Assembly: GCA_018825365.1 (NCBI GenBank)
Contig: JAHJEV010000003.1
Location: 174,619-238,618, forward strand
Direction of reading: 5' to 3'
DNA: 64,000 bases
From: Patescibacteria group bacterium
Lineage (GTDB): Bacteria > Patescibacteriota > WWE3 > UBA101185 > UBA10185
The notes beneath the pieces are model-generated. The model searched no databases. It saw only the letters and a program-made list of their open reading frames with translations, and was not told where the DNA came from. Made by a program: the position numbers and the translations under genes. Shown here piece after piece: positions 17,586 through 26,738 of the stretch (positions are counted from its first letter, which is position 1; each line of letters begins with the position of its first letter).

Positions 17586-17658
17586 TTTCCAGACTTGGGA
17601 GGTGCTCCAGAAGTTCAAAGTTCCGACGGACTTATCGCCCTTTCCTTGAATACTATAA
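17586..17658 (+). repeat. att-like direct repeat R4 (full-length): TTTCCAGACTTGGGAGGTGCTCCAGAAGTTCAAAGTTCCGACGGACTTATCGCCCTTTCCTTGAATACTATAA
   Basis: Combines the left half shared with R2/R3 and the right half shared with R1, and includes the tRNA-Gly 3'-end octamer GTGCTCCA. Confidence 0.85.
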
Positions 17659-17711
17659 CTTTTCCATGTTTTCCTCACACAACACGGATCTTGGTTTCAA
17701 ACATAATTTAG

Positions 17712-19025
17712 ATGATATACTTCCCCTTGAAATTATTTTTATCTATGAAGCCTTTTGTCTACACCAGCAAGTCTAAAAAGAGACTCATTACAGCACTTGT
17801 CTTGATTGATTCTGTACTAGTTGCTTTGTGTTTTGTTTTTTATACAAAGACACAAAACAATGATGCCGGCTTAACAGGATCCGTACTGGCAGCGGTGGAT
17901 ATTTCAATGAGTGCTGTTGAAACTATCTCAGCCTCAAGCGAACCCGCAACATCAACAACAATTAAGTCAACTTCAACGCCCACTCCCAGCCCCATACCCC
18001 AGCCTGTACAAACTCCCATTGTGTTAGGAGTTTCCGATGCCACTGGTGAAGTTTTCTTTGGCCGTGGAACACCAAACAATAAAATCGGAATGTATGTACA
18101 TAACAATGCCGATGATATTAAAGCTGCCGCAAAATTAATCAACAGCAATGGAGGTGATTGGGGTTACATACTTTTAACAATTGATATAAATGACCGAAAC
18201 AAATCCAGTTGGAAGGATTTGTTTAATGCAGCATCTAGTAGTCATTTAATTCCCATTGTGCAGATTTTTAATAATAATAACTGCAACCCCGACAAGCTTG
18301 ATTTTAAAGGATTAGCAAGTACATTAAACAGCGTAAAGTGGCCAAATAAGCATCGGTACATAAGTGTTTTTAATGAGATGAATTCTAAGGATTATTGGTG
18401 CGAAAAAATAGCACCTGATGAATACGCGAAGGCATTAAATAACGCTATCAAAGCCTTTAAAGACAAAAGCAGCGATTTTTTTATTATGCCGGGCGCTTTT
18501 AACAGCAGTGCGAGAACTCAAGACAGATACATGAGTGAAGAAACCTATCTAGTTAAGATGAACGAAGCTGTACCAGGGATTTTCAAAAAAATAGATGGGT
18601 GGGCAACACATTCCTATCCCCAGCCAAACTTTAGCGGAGATATTAATAACTTACCCGGAGGTTACGGAACACGCGATACTATTAATAATTACGAGTGGGA
18701 AATGCAAATACTTAGAAATTATTTTGGTGTTGGCTCTTTGCCTATATTTATTACAGAAACAGGATGGTTACATAGGGAAGGCCAAAGTGGTTGTGTGCAA
18801 TATTCACAAAGTAACTTATTATCTGCGGATGTTGTTTCCAGCAGATATAAAATCGCCTATCTTAATTACTGGCTAAAAAATCCTCAGATAGTAGCTATTA
18901 CCCCTTTTATATTCAGAAGTAAAGATCCGTGTGCGGAGGGGTTTGCATGGCAAAAAAAAGATGGCGGCTGGTATCCCCAGGCAAACATGCTTTTGAATAT
19001 TGCCAAAACAGCAGGTACTCCCTAG
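17712..19025 (+). CDS. membrane-anchored clan GH-A (GH5-like) glycoside hydrolase, paralog A
   Basis: N-terminal TM helix plus a Ser/Thr/Pro linker. Candidate acid/base is VFNEMN and candidate nucleophile is FITETGW, ~130 aa apart as in GH5 TIM barrels. It is a paralog of 22810..24018. Confidence 0.6.
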   Translation: MIYFPLKLFLSMKPFVYTSKSKKRLITALVLIDSVLVALCFVFYTKTQNNDAGLTGSVLAAVDISMSAVETISASSEPATSTTIKSTSTPTPSPIPQPVQTPIVLGVSDATGEVFFGRGTPNNKIGMYVHNNADDIKAAAKLINSNGGDWGYILLTIDINDRNKSSWKDLFNAASSSHLIPIVQIFNNNNCNPDKLDFKGLASTLNSVKWPNKHRYISVFNEMNSKDYWCEKIAPDEYAKALNNAIKAFKDKSSDFFIMPGAFNSSARTQDRYMSEETYLVKMNEAVPGIFKKIDGWATHSYPQPNFSGDINNLPGGYGTRDTINNYEWEMQILRNYFGVGSLPIFITETGWLHREGQSGCVQYSQSNLLSADVVSSRYKIAYLNYWLKNPQIVAITPFIFRSKDPCAEGFAWQKKDGGWYPQANMLLNIAKTAGTP

Positions 19026-19138
19026 GTAGTACTTTTACACATATCCTGCTATTCACTAAAAAATTGATGCATCTAAACTTTTCCAAGAATAATAACTATA
19101 TTTTGTTATAATCTAATACGCTAATCACTTTGTTTATT

Positions 19139-19213
19139 GCCAGAGTAGCTCAATGGTAGAGCAAGCGCATCGTAAGCGTTAGGTTGAGGGTTCGATTCCC
19201 TCCTCTGGCTCCA
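19139..19213 (+). tRNA. tRNA-Thr (anticodon CGT)
   Basis: Acceptor GCCAGAG/CTCTGGC, anticodon loop ATCGTAA, T-loop TTCGATT, encoded CCA. An upstream extended -10 TGTTATAAT is present. Confidence 0.85.
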
Positions 19214-19300
19214 AAATTCCTCTGATTTATTATTTTCTAATTTGACAACCTACCTACTATAAGTTACAATTAGTCATTCTCTAAAATAAAAGGAGACAAA

Positions 19301-19477
19301 ATGAAAAAGCTTCTTGGCTTTGCGGCTCTTTTAGTTATTGGCCTTTTGGGGATTGTATTTATTGACCACCAATCAGCCACTCAACCCGACGGCGCGTACG
19401 GAGTTTGTTTGGCAGCTATCTGGGGAGCGGGGTTCGTTATTGCATCTTTCTACTGGTTATTCAAGAACAATAAATGA
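19301..19477 (+). CDS. small membrane protein (58 aa, 2 predicted TM helices)
   Basis: Not in the ORF track (<60 aa). Strong RBS AAGGAGACAAAATG. Sequence MKKLLGFAALLVIGLLGIVFIDHQSATQPDGAYGVCLAAIWGAGFVIASFYWLFKNNK. Followed by the terminator at 19497-19547. Confidence 0.5.
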   Translation: MKKLLGFAALLVIGLLGIVFIDHQSATQPDGAYGVCLAAIWGAGFVIASFYWLFKNNK

Positions 19478-19496
19478 AACTCACAAGTGATCTTTG

Positions 19497-19547
19497 GCAA
19501 CTAAGTAAATCGTGATTATATGAAATACTTAGTTGCCCTTTTTTTGT
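19497..19547 (+). terminator. rho-independent terminator
   Basis: Perfect 12-bp stem GGCAACTAAGTA...TACTTAGTTGCC followed by CTTTTTTTTG. Confidence 0.75.
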
Positions 19548-19650
19548 TCCCTTTTCAAACTACTGATAAAATAACCGTGATATTTTTATTAGAAACGAAT
19601 TTAACTAAATCTCTTTTTATTTAGTACGTCTGTTGTGATATCATTTCGTC

Positions 19651-20385
19651 ATGAACACGAGCAAAATGTCATTACTTCCTCACCAGAAACTATCTGAAAA
19701 AGATTTAAGAATAAGGCTTAGACTGATTTCCTGGGCAATACTTGGAATTATCATATTTTCAATATCTTCTCTTTTCTTATTTCCCACCCAAGTTGGTTCT
19801 TTCTTTGGTTTTTTTTCAAAGCACAGAAACGAAAAACCTTACCAGCCAACAGCTAAACCATCAACCCCGGTATTTGAAAATGCACCGGAATCCGTAAAGG
19901 ACACAAAAGTAACCTTAAACGGAAGGGCAACACCCGGAACAACGGTAAAACTTTTTGTTAACGGACCGGAAAGGGCAACAACAACGACCGGATCGGACGG
20001 CATTTTTACATTTGTGGATGTGCCTCTTATACTGGGAAAGAATCTGCTATTTGCCAAGTCCTCGGATAACAGGGGTGTGGGAAGCGATACATCAGAATTT
20101 TTGAGTATTACAGTTGATAAGGATTTGCCGAAAGTTGAAATTACAAACCTGAAAGACGGTGCCACCGTTAAAAACTTGAATAAAAGAATTGAGGTTATCG
20201 GAACTGTAAATGAAAAGGCAAATATAACTATAAATGACAAGTATGTGATACAAAAATCGGATTTTTCCTTTGATTACTGGCTCGGAGTAGAAGAAGGGAG
20301 TGTTAAAATTAAAGTCATAGCCACGGATCCCGCAGGAAACAAAACGGAAAAGGAAATAGCGGTCACGTACTCAAAAAGCAACTAA
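19651..20385 (+). CDS. membrane-anchored protein with bacterial Ig-like beta-rich extracellular domain
   Basis: N-terminal TM helix, then Thr/Val/Lys-rich repeats of beta-strand character (VKLFVNGPERATTTTGSDGIFTF...). Assigned by composition only. Confidence 0.45.
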   Translation: MNTSKMSLLPHQKLSEKDLRIRLRLISWAILGIIIFSISSLFLFPTQVGSFFGFFSKHRNEKPYQPTAKPSTPVFENAPESVKDTKVTLNGRATPGTTVKLFVNGPERATTTTGSDGIFTFVDVPLILGKNLLFAKSSDNRGVGSDTSEFLSITVDKDLPKVEITNLKDGATVKNLNKRIEVIGTVNEKANITINDKYVIQKSDFSFDYWLGVEEGSVKIKVIATDPAGNKTEKEIAVTYSKSN

Positions 20386-21543
20386 TATTGCAAATAATGC
20401 AAAAAGAATCTGCGGGTAAAAGAGAGAGTTTATAAACAAAGACTCAACCAAAAGTCCCAGCATAACTGAAAAGACTACTAATTCTTTAATATTTCTTTTT
20501 CTGAAACCCCCAACTAAACAATACGTATACGAACTTAGATAAAAAACAAAGCCAAGTATTCCAGTGGTTGCAAAAACAAAAAGAAGACTCGAATCAGAAC
20601 CAGCCCCAGAACGTATATTTTCACTATCAGGGGTCAAAAACCCGTATTGTTTTTGCACATACCTATAAGTATTAAATCCGGTCCCAACCCAAAAATTATC
20701 TTTTATTATCTTATAGGCGTTTTTCCACGATGCGATTCTTAAGCTTGCTGAATCAGCCGGATCTGTAATACCGGAGATTCTGGTTTGAATTCTGGGAACA
20801 GCGAAGTAGACCATAAAAGACATCAAAAAAGCCGTAATTAGGAGCATTTTTGACCTAAAAATGCCATAAATTAGAATAACTACAGCAAACATTGCCCACG
20901 CACTCCTTGAAAATGTCAAAAAGAGAGCTAAAAGGATAATTGCGAAAGCTGCTATATCAAATCTCCCTATTTTTTTGTCGCCGAAAATCCTATCGATGAT
21001 AATGGTCAAACATATAGTTAAATACGCCCCCACAAAATTCGGATCAAAAAAAGTAGATGCCAAACGGTTTTTGTGAGGATCCCAGCCAAGATTTGGACTT
21101 AACTTTGTAAAATCCGGTATAACAAGAAGTTGGATAAATCCAATTAGCGAAACTAAAACTCCTGAAACAATTAAGGCATTAAGTATTTTTCCTTTACTGA
21201 TCATCTTTTTATCAAGCATATTAAAAATTACAACGGAAGATACTAAATAAGCCGCCCACCTGACAAGGTAAAATCCAGAAACCACAAACTGTTCAATTGA
21301 AAATTTGTTGAATGAAAAAACTAATGAAGCCAAAGCGGATACAGTAAAAATCAAAAACATGATTGAAAACTTCGGAAGCTTAAATGACTTTCTTACGAGT
21401 AAAAAATAGAAAGATCCATACCAAGCAAGGAAAATTACAGCAAAATCAAAAAGGTAAAAATTAGACTCGCCACTTTTGTACACGGAAGTTAGTTGATTAA
21501 GACTTAATAAGAAAAGGGTTATATAAAAGGTTGTGTTAAGCAT
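20371..21543 (-). CDS. O-antigen ligase/polymerase (Wzy_C) family membrane protein
   Basis: ~10 TM helices and a conserved FLTFSRSAWAM loop motif typical of the Wzy_C/O-antigen ligase domain. Confidence 0.65.
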   Translation of the reverse strand: MLNTTFYITLFLLSLNQLTSVYKSGESNFYLFDFAVIFLAWYGSFYFLLVRKSFKLPKFSIMFLIFTVSALASLVFSFNKFSIEQFVVSGFYLVRWAAYLVSSVVIFNMLDKKMISKGKILNALIVSGVLVSLIGFIQLLVIPDFTKLSPNLGWDPHKNRLASTFFDPNFVGAYLTICLTIIIDRIFGDKKIGRFDIAAFAIILLALFLTFSRSAWAMFAVVILIYGIFRSKMLLITAFLMSFMVYFAVPRIQTRISGITDPADSASLRIASWKNAYKIIKDNFWVGTGFNTYRYVQKQYGFLTPDSENIRSGAGSDSSLLFVFATTGILGFVFYLSSYTYCLVGGFRKRNIKELVVFSVMLGLLVESLFINSLFYPQILFALFAILVAF

Positions 21544-22810
21544 ATTTTTCTTTCCAGAATTTGTAGGCAGTTAAACTTAAGAAAACTAAAATAAAAAACT
21601 CAGTGAGTATTGTCGTTGTAGCGGTAGCATAAAAAGAATATTTTGGAATATAAATTAAATTCGTGACAAAATTAAAAACCGCACTCGCAAAATAAATCAA
21701 CGGGAGTTTGCCTTGTTTATCAAGTATAACTATAAGCCAAGACAATGGTTGGGTTAAGTAAAATATAAAAAGTCCCAAAGACAAAATCCTCAAAACCAAC
21801 ACTGACTGTGAAAAAGCCTCCCCGCCCAGTATCTTTGTCGCAAAAGGTGCAAAAAGAATCCCCAGCAACCCAACTATCAACCCCGAGGAAAGAAGGACAA
21901 TCAGAATATTTGAGAATGTCTTTTTGAGTCTGTCTTGCCCTTCGGTCATATGCCTGACAAGAATGGGGTACGTTGCATTCATAAAAAATGTGGGTATTAC
22001 AAGAAACACCTCAAAAATCTTGTAAGCTAAAGCGTAAATAGCAACACTTTCCGTATTGTTCAGACCATATTTATCCGGAACCTTCATTGCCGACATCATT
22101 AAGGTGTCTTGTTTGAAACTTACTTGGGAAAAACAAAACATTATTCCAAGCGGAAGTGCCGAAATTAAAAGATACCTCCATAAAGTAGGGTCGAATGTAA
22201 AGTCCGGTTTTACACCCAATCTTCCAACTAAAAGAAGGCTTAGTATAAAGGTGATCAACCCTCCAATCACATAAGAAAAATTAACCCAAGTTACATCTAC
22301 TTTTAAATGCGAGAACAAAAGTACTAGCGCCAAAATTACCAAATAACCAAAGGTGTAAGCAATTGTTGAAAAATCGTATCTTAGTTTAACCTGGAAAAAG
22401 ATATTGGTTGTTGTGTACAAAGCCTGAGTCAGCAGAATAAAAAGGCCAAGTCTTATACCAAGTTTTAATCCATCGGAATATGGGAAAAAATGAACACCAA
22501 AGGACATTATAGCTATGAGAAGGATAGAAAATAAAAGTCTTATAATTAAAATATTTCCTAAATACCTATTAGCTTTTGACCAATCCCTGGAAAGTTCTCT
22601 TGCAGCAATAGCGTTAATCCCAAAATCGACGATAATAAAAAAAAGCGCCGGCCAGGACTGCATTAAACTAAACGCCCCGTACCCCTCTCTTCCATAAGAG
22701 CGGGTGATGATAACCACGGCCAACATAGTTATGCACATGCTGATAACTTTTCCAACAATCTGATAAACGGTGTTTTTAGCTATTTTGTTTGCTGTTTCTG
22801 ATTTGAACAT
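21536..22810 (-). CDS. wzx: polysaccharide biosynthesis flippase (Wzx, MOP superfamily)
   Basis: 424 aa, 12-14 TM helices. The N-terminus NKIAKNTVYQIVGKVISMCITMLAVVIITRSYGREGYG is typical of Wzx flippases. Confidence 0.7.
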   Translation of the reverse strand: MFKSETANKIAKNTVYQIVGKVISMCITMLAVVIITRSYGREGYGAFSLMQSWPALFFIIVDFGINAIAARELSRDWSKANRYLGNILIIRLLFSILLIAIMSFGVHFFPYSDGLKLGIRLGLFILLTQALYTTTNIFFQVKLRYDFSTIAYTFGYLVILALVLLFSHLKVDVTWVNFSYVIGGLITFILSLLLVGRLGVKPDFTFDPTLWRYLLISALPLGIMFCFSQVSFKQDTLMMSAMKVPDKYGLNNTESVAIYALAYKIFEVFLVIPTFFMNATYPILVRHMTEGQDRLKKTFSNILIVLLSSGLIVGLLGILFAPFATKILGGEAFSQSVLVLRILSLGLFIFYLTQPLSWLIVILDKQGKLPLIYFASAVFNFVTNLIYIPKYSFYATATTTILTEFFILVFLSLTAYKFWKEKYA

Positions 22811-24018
22811 TAAAACTCACAGTTGGGCGTTGTTACTCCGCCGGTTTCAAGTTTTGGAGGTTCTCCGGCAACCTTGTTCATCAATTTTATAACATCATAG
22901 TGTAAATACGGCACAAAATCTTTATTCACCCATGAAAAATGATCGTACGGAGTATCATAAATCACGGTAAACGGCATCACTGCCCTCACCCGGTCGTTTT
23001 TTAACCACACCTCGTTGAAAGCAGTTTTAAAATACTCCGCTACGGTTTTATCAGGCAAGTACGATGAGTTGTAGCTCTCTCCCTCAGCATGTGCCCACCC
23101 TGTTTCAGTTATAAAAACCGGAAGGTCTTTTTTTACATGCAAAACACTCTTCAGATATTCAAGTTCATCTTCATACGCACGTATGCTCATCCTTCCCGTA
23201 TCTAGCGGATTTCCTGCAAAATTAGGCTGGGGGTATGGATGAGAGGCCCACGCATCAAGCTTATCGAATATTCCCGGAACCTCTTCATTCATTTGTTTCA
23301 TAAATTCAAAGGCATCCATATGGTCCGTCGTATTTAAGGCGCTTATATTAAAAGCCCCATTCATAATATAAAAGTCCTCATTATTTTCTTTAAAAGTCTT
23401 GATGGTGTAATCCAAAATCTTGGCATACTGCGAAGCATTCGCCTTCCCATACCAAAAATTATTGTCGTTTTGTTCATTGTAAACACTTATGTATCTATAT
23501 CTGATTGGCCATAAGAAAGTGTTTAAAAATTTGGCCGCATTTTTAGTTTCTTTCTTATAATTATCTACATCCACATTCCAAAGTTGTATCACCGGAATAA
23601 GATGCTTTCCTATTAACTGATTAAAAACCCTTCCCCATTTCCCATAATCATAATCACGAACATTGTAGGGAATTAAAACGTAACCCCAATCACCGCCATT
23701 TGAGTTGACTAACCTGTCTGCAATTGAAAAAAATTCTTTTTCTTCCGCGTAAACATAAAGTCCAAACTTATTGTTTACCTTCCACAAGGGATCGCTTCCT
23801 GTGTAATAAGAATATTTAATCTGATCTGAGACAGAACAAGTGGATTGGGGTACATCGGTGTTACCAAAAATAAAGTTTAGGGGTGTGTTTTTCAAATCCC
23901 TTTCCTTATCGGTGAATTTAAGATAATAAAATAAACCAGCTGCTGTAAGAGTAAGCACTAAAGAAATAATAGAAATTATAAGTATTTTCTTCCTTTTAGT
24001 CCTAAACGAAGGCTCCAT
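22810..24018 (-). CDS. membrane-anchored clan GH-A (GH5-like) glycoside hydrolase, paralog B
   Basis: Shares NSNGGDWGY, YISVYNEQN and FITETGW blocks with 17712..19025, at roughly 45-50% identity by eye. Confidence 0.6.
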   Translation of the reverse strand: MEPSFRTKRKKILIISIISLVLTLTAAGLFYYLKFTDKERDLKNTPLNFIFGNTDVPQSTCSVSDQIKYSYYTGSDPLWKVNNKFGLYVYAEEKEFFSIADRLVNSNGGDWGYVLIPYNVRDYDYGKWGRVFNQLIGKHLIPVIQLWNVDVDNYKKETKNAAKFLNTFLWPIRYRYISVYNEQNDNNFWYGKANASQYAKILDYTIKTFKENNEDFYIMNGAFNISALNTTDHMDAFEFMKQMNEEVPGIFDKLDAWASHPYPQPNFAGNPLDTGRMSIRAYEDELEYLKSVLHVKKDLPVFITETGWAHAEGESYNSSYLPDKTVAEYFKTAFNEVWLKNDRVRAVMPFTVIYDTPYDHFSWVNKDFVPYLHYDVIKLMNKVAGEPPKLETGGVTTPNCEF

Positions 24019-24082
24019 TAGAATATTCTAACATCTTTAGGGAGTGGGATAGACCTCAAATATCCTGTACAATGAGGTCCAA

Positions 24083-25306
24083 GTGAAACCAGAGGTGAAA
24101 CTTACACTATTTATATTTTTAATCAGTATAGTACTTGGATGTGCTGTGGTTATATCAAGAGCGAAAAATACATCTGGAAACATTTTATCTCCCTTTGCAA
24201 AAGGATCCTCATTGTTTTCACTTTTCGGAAGACATGAAAAACCAAAGAAAATAATTTACGGGTACTTCCCTTATTGGAATTTTGAAAAAATTAAATACCT
24301 AAGGCTTGATGAACTGACACATCTTGCCTACTTTGGGATTTACTTGGAAGAGAACGGTAATTTTGAAAAAACAGCCATTGGAGAAGACGGGAGTATTGTC
24401 TTTGAACCCGGATACAAAAACTGGAAAGAAAGTAAAGAACTTGGAAGCCTAATTGAAAAATGTAAACAGGAAGGAGTGAGGGTTGCTTTAACCGTTATTG
24501 CACACACGGATGAAAAAATAGACAATTTCTTAGATTGTAAGGAGTGTTGGAATACCTTGCTAAATAACTTGGTAATGGAGTTAAACGTAAGGGGGATAAA
24601 AGACGTAAATCTTAATTTTGAGTATGCGGGAGAAACCGATCCTAAAAGAGCTGTAGAATTTTCAGAACTTACAAAATTTGTTAATGAGCAACTTGATTCA
24701 ATCTATGGCGATTCTTTTGTCGTTGCATCAGCCTTTGCTGATTCCGCGCAGGCGCAAAGAGTAAGTTCAGATCTTGATAATTTGGGAAGAAACGCGGATG
24801 GAATTTTTATCATGGGGTATGATTTTCACAGACCCCAGTCAGATGAAATAGGTCCGGTGGCTCCAATATCCGGAAACAAGCAAAATATTACATCTATTCT
24901 TAATGATTTTCTTACAAAGGTTCCGCCAAATAAAATAATTTTAGGAGTTCCGTATTATGGCTATAACTGGGTGGTAAAAAGTGATGATCCAAATGCCAAA
25001 ACACTCAAGGACGCAGATGACAACCCACGTGCTCAATCCCAACCATACGAAAGCGTTATGGATACGATACTTGATACAGATCCGGAAGTTAAGTGGAACG
25101 AGGAAGGAAAATCCCCATATTTCACGTACACCAGCCCCGAAACAGGAGAGCTAAGAACGGTTTACTTTGAAAATAAAGATTCTTTGAGAGCAAAATATCA
25201 GCTTGTTAAAGACGCAAATCTTGCGGGGGTTGGTATATGGGCACTGGGGTACGATGGTGGGTACAACGAACTTTGGGATCTTTTATACGACGAGTTTATC
25301 CGATAA
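24083..25306 (+). CDS. glycoside hydrolase family 18-like protein (chitinase-like fold)
   Basis: GH18 blocks YGYFPYWNF, IMGYDFH and GVPYYGYNW. The catalytic-motif region reads DVNLNFEY, i.e. DxNxNxE instead of DxDxDxE. Confidence 0.6.
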   Translation: MKPEVKLTLFIFLISIVLGCAVVISRAKNTSGNILSPFAKGSSLFSLFGRHEKPKKIIYGYFPYWNFEKIKYLRLDELTHLAYFGIYLEENGNFEKTAIGEDGSIVFEPGYKNWKESKELGSLIEKCKQEGVRVALTVIAHTDEKIDNFLDCKECWNTLLNNLVMELNVRGIKDVNLNFEYAGETDPKRAVEFSELTKFVNEQLDSIYGDSFVVASAFADSAQAQRVSSDLDNLGRNADGIFIMGYDFHRPQSDEIGPVAPISGNKQNITSILNDFLTKVPPNKIILGVPYYGYNWVVKSDDPNAKTLKDADDNPRAQSQPYESVMDTILDTDPEVKWNEEGKSPYFTYTSPETGELRTVYFENKDSLRAKYQLVKDANLAGVGIWALGYDGGYNELWDLLYDEFIR

Positions 25307-25757
25307 ACCTAAATCCGATTAAAAACAACACCACCCACAAAAAAGCTGAGTAATAATACCTGAGCGGCAACGGACCCCACCAATCTTTATGCCATAAAAC
25401 ATGTTTTTTATTGAATTTTTTAATTCCAAAGTGTGGATTCAAAACAAACCAGAAAAAATCCTCTAAATTCGTAGTCAGCATATACGCTGAAAGAAGAATA
25501 AGCTCTGTATGAAAATCCCAGCGCATAAAAAGAAACGGAACGTGTAAAAGAAGTAAAACAGAAATAAAAAAGTATATGTGGTAACCTGAAAAATCCCCCT
25601 GTAAACCTGGGAGCAAATCAACTAGCTTAATTCGAAATCTCCAAGTAGGGAGTTTCTCTGCCCAGCCGTACCTACCCTCTATCTGTATTTCAAGAAGAGC
25701 CAAAAGTGTGGCGATAACAAAGCAAAAAACAAAATATTTTATGAGCAGTTCATTCAT
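25296..25757 (-). CDS. hypothetical membrane protein
   Basis: 153 aa from the internal Met (MNELLIKYFVF...). The upstream part of the ORF-track entry (to 25841) is a translation of the tRNA-Val gene and is spurious. No SD, so the start is uncertain. Confidence 0.4.
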   Translation of the reverse strand: MNELLIKYFVFCFVIATLLALLEIQIEGRYGWAEKLPTWRFRIKLVDLLPGLQGDFSGYHIYFFISVLLLLHVPFLFMRWDFHTELILLSAYMLTTNLEDFFWFVLNPHFGIKKFNKKHVLWHKDWWGPLPLRYYYSAFLWVVLFLIGFRFIG

Positions 25758-25762
25758 CTTTT

Positions 25763-25838
25763 TGGTGGGTCCATCTGGGATCGAACCAGAGGCCTTTCGG
25801 ATGTGACCCGAGCGCTCTACCAACTGAGCTATGGACCC
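25763..25838 (-). tRNA. tRNA-Val (anticodon CAC)
   Basis: Reverse complement gives GGGTCCATAGCTCAGTTGGTAGAGCGCTCGGGTCACATCCGAAAGGCCTCTGGTTCGATCCCAGATGGACCCACCA, with a canonical D- and T-arm, anticodon loop GTCACAT and encoded CCA. Confidence 0.8.
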
Positions 25839-25893
25839 CAAGTGCTTTTATTTTACTACACTTGTTTACTTTACTCATGTAAAATAAATTAAC

Positions 25894-26454
25894 TTGGTAA
25901 AAACACTTCACGCAATTTTTAAGATCTTTCTGGATTTTATAGAAATCATTTTCATATGTACTTCGGTATTTCTTGTTGTTTACCTATTTATCGGGCAGCT
26001 TCTGGAAGTTACGGGGGACTCAATGTCCCCGAACTTTCACGATAAAGAACAAATGTTAGCTGAAAAGCTTTCAACAAAATTCATCGAGTTAAAAAGAGGT
26101 GAGATCGTAGTTTTTAAACACCCGCTGGAACAAGATAGATTATTAATAAAAAGGGTAGTAGGTCTGCCGGGAGAAACAATAAGAATATCAAACGGTTTTG
26201 TTTACATAAATGATAAAGTCCTTAATGAACCATACCTTGCTCCAGGTACCAAAACCCAGCAAGAGCAAGCATTTCAGGAGGGTTTAGAGTATAAGATACC
26301 GGACGGTTCTTATGTTGTTTTGGGGGACAACCGTGCAAAAAGCACCGATTCAAGAGAGTGGGGGTTTTTATCTAAGGATTTAATAGTCGGAAGGGCCGTA
26401 TTAGTCTACTACCCGATAAATAAAATAAGGTTGGTTGAAAGTAAAATCTTTTAA
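25894..26454 (+). CDS. lepB: signal peptidase I (S26)
   Basis: Catalytic Ser box GDSMSPN. Lys box and [15 protein letters not shown]-terminal motif are present. Confidence 0.85.
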   Translation: MVKTLHAIFKIFLDFIEIIFICTSVFLVVYLFIGQLLEVTGDSMSPNFHDKEQMLAEKLSTKFIELKRGEIVVFKHPLEQDRLLIKRVVGLPGETIRISNGFVYINDKVLNEPYLAPGTKTQQEQAFQEGLEYKIPDGSYVVLGDNRAKSTDSREWGFLSKDLIVGRAVLVYYPINKIRLVESKIF

Positions 26455-26738
26455 GGATTATTTGGAAGATTTTTTAGTGCCTCAAAAGGAACTACATGGA
26501 CCTTTTTTCTCTTGTTCGTTGCCCACTTAAACTCAACCGTACCTTGTGATGTTGCAAAAAGAGTGAAGTCTTTTCCCATCTTCACATTTTTCCCGGCAAT
26601 GATCTGTCTTCCTCTTTGTCTCATAATAATTTGACCTGGTTTTGCCGGCTGACCGCCATATGTTTTGACTCCCAGTCTTTTACCGGATACGTTTCCTTTT
26701 TGAGTTGCTTTAGCCCCACCACCTTTTTTATGTGCCAT
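26451..26738 (-). CDS. rpmA: 50S ribosomal protein L27
   Basis: [30 protein letters not shown] matches the L27 N-terminus. Confidence 0.9.
   Translation of the reverse strand: MAHKKGGGAKATQKGNVSGKRLGVKTYGGQPAKPGQIIMRQRGRQIIAGKNVKMGKDFTLFATSQGTVEFKWATNKRKKVHVVPFEALKNLPNNP

Noticed and set aside
25758-25841. N-terminal part of the 181-aa ORF (MGSIAQLVERSGHIRKASGSIPDGPT)
   Set aside because: This is the characteristic spurious translation of a tRNA gene, here tRNA-Val on the same strand. Only the downstream hydrophobic part is kept as a possible CDS.
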